Shown here one piece after another: positions 60,153 through 64,000 of a stretch of 64,000 nt of DNA. Position numbers and translations under genes: made by a program. Position 1 is the first letter of the stretch, and each line of letters opens with the position of its first letter. The stretch is from NCBI GenBank assembly GCA_001662655.1, contig KV460276.1. One strand, given 5' to 3'. The notes under the pieces are model-generated. The model did not search any database. It was not told the origin of the DNA and worked only from the letters and a program-made list of their open reading frames with translations. This DNA comes from Pseudogymnoascus verrucosus. Its lineage: Eukaryota.

Positions 60153-61448
60153 TCAGGTCTTCTTCTCCGCAGCCTTCTTCATCTTGAAATCCGCCACCCA
60201 CTCTGCTGCTTTCTGCTTCGGAACCACAAACACCCTCACAACCTCATCCACCACCTCCACCGATCCACTCGTAAGAAGTTTCAGCAACGTCACCTTCGGT
60301 CCCACCTTAATAAGCCCGCCTGTCATAGTCTCCGCGTAGCACTCCACGCCCCTCGGGGTATACTCATGCTGCCTATCCCACGGCGCCTGCTCATCAAGGA
60401 TATACCCTAACCTCTCACCCACTGTCTCAGTCTCGCCAAACTCCTTGATAAAATCACTCTGCAAGACGAGCGGGTACAGAAGCACAGTAGGGAAGACCAA
60501 CGAACTCGTCGGGTCCACAGGATCCGGCACGAGTCGCACCTTCGCATCCTCCATCTCCGGTGGCTGCTCCGTAGTACGCATGCGGATCCCCCGTGCCTTC
60601 AGCGCGGCTTTTAAGACATATGCTTCCTGCTTCACGCGTAGCGCAGCAGCCTCCTCTTTCCGCCTCTTCGCGTCGACTATCTCCGCCTTCTCAATAATTT
60701 GCTGGGCGAGGAGCTTGAGGTCCTTGTGTTCTGGGTCAAGCGCTAGACCGTGCGCGCAGGCGTCGTCTGCTTCACGGATCTTGGAGAGAGCGAGAAGGGC
60801 AACTCCAGAGCGGTAGAAGGCTTTGATGTTCTTGGGGTTTAGGCGGATGACTTGCGCGCAGTCGAGGGTGGCGGATCGGTAGTTCTTGAGCTGGACGTGG
60901 CAGGCTGAGCGGTTGCCGAGGCAGGCTTCGAGGAGCTTTAGTTGTTCTTTTATCTCGGCTTCGTCCTCGGCGCTCAGGGTGGGTGGTGCGGTTCTGTCGG
61001 CTTGTGGTGATGCTTCTTGTAGGGTCTTCTCTTGGGCTCGCTTTCGTTGCTCAGCCTGTAGTACTGTTATAGCTTTAGAGTAGAACTCTTTCGCGTCGGC
61101 CCAGCTCCGTAATTTGAAGACGTCGTTGCCCTGCTCCTTGAAGTTCTGGGAGACCTCGCTCGGTGTGCCCTCGTAGGCAAGTGCTTTGAAGGCCTCGATT
61201 TCGTCGTTGTCCTCCAGCTCGGTCATGAACAGGGGAGTCTTATTTAAATCGGCGAGGATCTCGGCGGAGGAGAGGTTGCGGTAGGCATCCATGGACGGTG
61301 GGAGCTGGGGCGCCGTTGTGGACGAGGCGGGGTTGGTGGTGGGGGCCTTGCCCATAGAGTATGACTTGATGGCATCCGCGATCATGTCTGGGGTCGGTTC
61401 TGTGGGGGCGGGATGGTCGACGACCTCGTTTTCTTCGATGAAGCCCAT
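60153..61448 (-). CDS. CNS1: Hsp70/Hsp90 TPR co-chaperone Cns1 (TTC4 family)
   Basis: LNKTPLFMTEL, ALAYEGTP.EV.QNFKEQGN, TPR motifs, LVFPTVLLYP..QSDFI, GGLIKVG. Confidence 0.92.
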   Translation of the reverse strand: MGFIEENEVVDHPAPTEPTPDMIADAIKSYSMGKAPTTNPASSTTAPQLPPSMDAYRNLSSAEILADLNKTPLFMTELEDNDEIEAFKALAYEGTPSEVSQNFKEQGNDVFKLRSWADAKEFYSKAITVLQAEQRKRAQEKTLQEASPQADRTAPPTLSAEDEAEIKEQLKLLEACLGNRSACHVQLKNYRSATLDCAQVIRLNPKNIKAFYRSGVALLALSKIREADDACAHGLALDPEHKDLKLLAQQIIEKAEIVDAKRRKEEAAALRVKQEAYVLKAALKARGIRMRTTEQPPEMEDAKVRLVPDPVDPTSSLVFPTVLLYPLVLQSDFIKEFGETETVGERLGYILDEQAPWDRQHEYTPRGVECYAETMTGGLIKVGPKVTLLKLLTSGSVEVVDEVVRVFVVPKQKAAEWVADFKMKKAAEKKT

Positions 61449-61791
61449 GGCGAGTGGTTTATACGCCTAGTGGTTTCTCGACGGTGATGACGATCATGGT
61501 AGTATTTCAAAAGTTAAAAAAATTACGGCGGGGCAGATGGCTTGAGCGGGACAGGACTAGCGTTCTTCCGTCGATGGCATCGAATGCTAGTGGGCCTTTC
61601 GCGGCAATCACCACCCTAAACTATTCCTTCATGATAAATGGCTAAGCAAAGACCACATGCACAATGGCTTATATGGCCTTTATGCGCTCCTTTAAAGCTA
61701 TGGATCCGTCATTCACATGCTAAATCAGATTAGAAACACACAGTCATTTTGTTGGCTTTTCCTAGCCACTTCTAGAAAGGGGACTTGTATC

Positions 61792-62780
61792 TTAGACAAA
61801 GGTACTTTGAACCAAAGAAACCGTCTTCTCAGCCAACAACTTTGCATCGCCAGGGAACCTCGCACTAATATAATTATACTTCTCATCCTCGATAACAAAT
61901 CTATGAGACGTAAGTTTAATCTCAGATGCTTTGTATAGGGGCAAGATCAATGACTTACGCTCCTATTCCAATACTGTTCTTGTACTGCTTGTCCGGATTA
62001 TCCAAAACTTTCCGGACCTAACCTCCAGTTAGCACCTAGACTAATATTCGAACACATCAAACTCACTGCTTCCTCAACATTCTCACTCGCAGCCCCATAC
62101 GTCTTATAATAATCACCTAAAAATGCTCTCGTACCCCAATATGCCACCTGTTCAAACAGTGCAGGCAGGGCCGTTGTGTCGCATTCATGTATGACACTCT
62201 TCCCCTCCATATCCTTTGTCTTCGAAAGCACCATGACGCCATGGCACACAGCAGCCACACTCCTCTTGCTCGGCTTCATCGTGCTAGAGAAATATGCAGC
62301 GATGTGTCTCTGCATTATATGCGAGTCAATTAATTGTCGCACTCCTTTTTCGTGGCCACCAGGGAGGAAGATCAGGTTGTAGGTGTCGAGGGAGAAATCG
62401 GAGGAGGACCAGGAGAGGGGGTTCTGAAATTCAGGTTGCGTGGACATGGAGTTATAGGCCTCAACTGCTAAACCTGTTGCTCCCTTGGGTTAGGTCAATT
62501 AGCTTGTATAATAGCTAGATAGGCATGAAGGGGTATTTAGTACTAGGAGTTTCTGGGTGATACCCTTCAACATCTTTTTGTCGCATTCCGGAGTCTTGCC
62601 CTTCTCCGTTGCGAAATGGACTTCGAATCCGGCTTTCTTGAATTCGGTATAGGGAACAGCGGTCTCTAGAGAATTCACATCATTACTAGCACGTTATGTT
62701 CCTGCAAAGATGTAGGAATGGGTACCTGTTGGATCATGTCCATAATCGGACATTGGTATGAGAACTTTGGCGGTCGTCAT
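61792..62780 (-). CDS. DJ-1/PfpI (class I glutamine amidotransferase-like) protein, multi-exon
   Basis: KVLIPMSDYGHDPT/ETAVPY, LIFLPGGH, AAVCHG nucleophile elbow, YISARFPGDA. Confidence 0.88.
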
Positions 62781-63181
62781 GGTGAAAATATTTTGTTATC
62801 CAGCTGGAAATTGTAATTGAGTTAGTATCAGAGCAAGTAGAATGAGGTAGCGAAGGGGATGTAGGTATTTATCGTTGTTGACGTCGTCCGTGTTCGTCCG
62901 GGCTTTATGAGGACAATGTGACATAGTGACTCTAAAATTAGCTGGAGGTTCTAAGATTTTAATTTGCAAAGTAACCTCGGCTGTATGGTGCATACGCAGT
63001 AAGCGTCAGCAACTAAGCTTCTCGTTCAGCTTCATGTTAAGAAACCGGTAGTTGGAGATAATACAATTGAGATGGCTACAGATTAAAGTATAAAAGCGGC
63101 TATATATCTCTTGGTTTCTAATTTCAATAACCCACTTCTACATCACTCCTCTCGATCGCATCGCTTCCCAAATCTACAGCC

Positions 63182-63655
63182 ATGAAGTCCTCCATCATCA
63201 TCTCTGGTCTCCCACTCCTCGTCCTTGCTCTAGTTTCTAATGCTACTTGCTTTACAACAGGTCCAGATGGCGACTGAACAACGGGACACGATAAAATCTC
63301 CCGGATGTATGACTACCTAGCTGGCGACTATGCACCCGGTCAAGCAAAACACTACGCTTTTACGTATAGTTAATGAGACTAACATGTGAAGCGCTTCTTG
63401 GTCGACGGGCCGTGCCACAGACCTACGCCACCAGGACATAGGCGGCAGTTGTTCCTGCCAACAAATAAATAAATGGCATATTTTGCACTCTATTGTAGGT
63501 TGCTGGCTAGGAGAGAAGAGGAGCAGAAATTCAAGTTAATCAAATATGAATTTGATTCTGTGACCATGCTATTTTTTGTACGCTCGCTCGCAGCTGGGAA
63601 TGGTGAGGACCTGGAATATCAAACAGGAGGTTTCCGCCAAAGCATTCTCATTTAG
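63182..63655 (+). pseudogene. Possible remnant of a small secreted protein gene
   Basis: MKSSIIISGLPLLVLALVSNATCFTTGPDGD* is a signal peptide followed by an early TGA; TATA-like sequence upstream; downstream reading fragmentary and end approximate. Confidence 0.35.
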
Positions 63656-64000
63656 GGCCCTGAGCACATAGCTTTCATTGTGGGCGATTAAAGTTAATCA
63701 ACTTGGTTTTTTTTACAGGCGATGGGTCCAATTATTGCTAAGTAGTCACTCAGCGTCATTCATCGTTGGTTTTACGAGAGTTACCATTGGCACTTTATGA
63801 GACGTATTTGAGTTCACTTGATGGTGTTTCCCTGTAGCTGCATTCAGAACGGTTTCATTCATTCTTCTCTCAGTATAGCGAGGAGTGGAAGATATTTGAG
63901 CCGATTATCTTCTTTGTTAGTGCATGCTATCGCGGGAGGCTTGACAGGACAACAACATTAGCCCTGCCCACTTCCCTCGTCCAATACAAAGGCGTTAGAT

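Overview
Intron-containing filamentous ascomycete DNA. It looks Leotiomycete-like and Pseudogymnoascus is my guess, but the sequence alone cannot prove that. The window has two zones. The first (~1-26 kb) is accessory and decaying, with RIP-like C>T/G>A damage. It holds a RIP-ruined fragment resembling the Cys/His-rich C-terminus of a Starship captain (DUF3435), an isolated 3' half of a 5S rRNA gene, and pseudogenes (alkyl sulfatase, fungal transcription factor, 2OG-Fe(II) oxygenase, ankyrin fragment, a long unknown gene). Apparently intact genes sit among them: an alpha/beta hydrolase, three pectin-degrading enzymes (PL1, GH28, PL3), an HxxxD acyltransferase, and a divergent pair of an intronless bacterial-type arylsulfotransferase and an MFS anion transporter. 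The second zone (~26.5-63 kb) is gene-dense and mostly housekeeping: TM9/EMP70, LCP5, MED4, NCS1/FRQ1, GPI8, a histidine phosphatase, a flavin monooxygenase, GH7, LSM4, a PPR protein, CNS1 and a DJ-1/PfpI protein. It also has three unexplained genes: a ~2,030-codon orphan broken by one 2-bp frameshift, a divergent BAH-like protein and a His-rich type-I membrane protein. Top leads are (a) a six-cysteine N-terminal module shared by the GH28 and PL3 enzymes, a candidate unrecognised pectin or cell-wall binding module; (b) a derelict, possibly 5S-targeting Starship; (c) a bacterial-type organosulfate scavenging unit. All assignments come from reading and motif recall; no database search was run.
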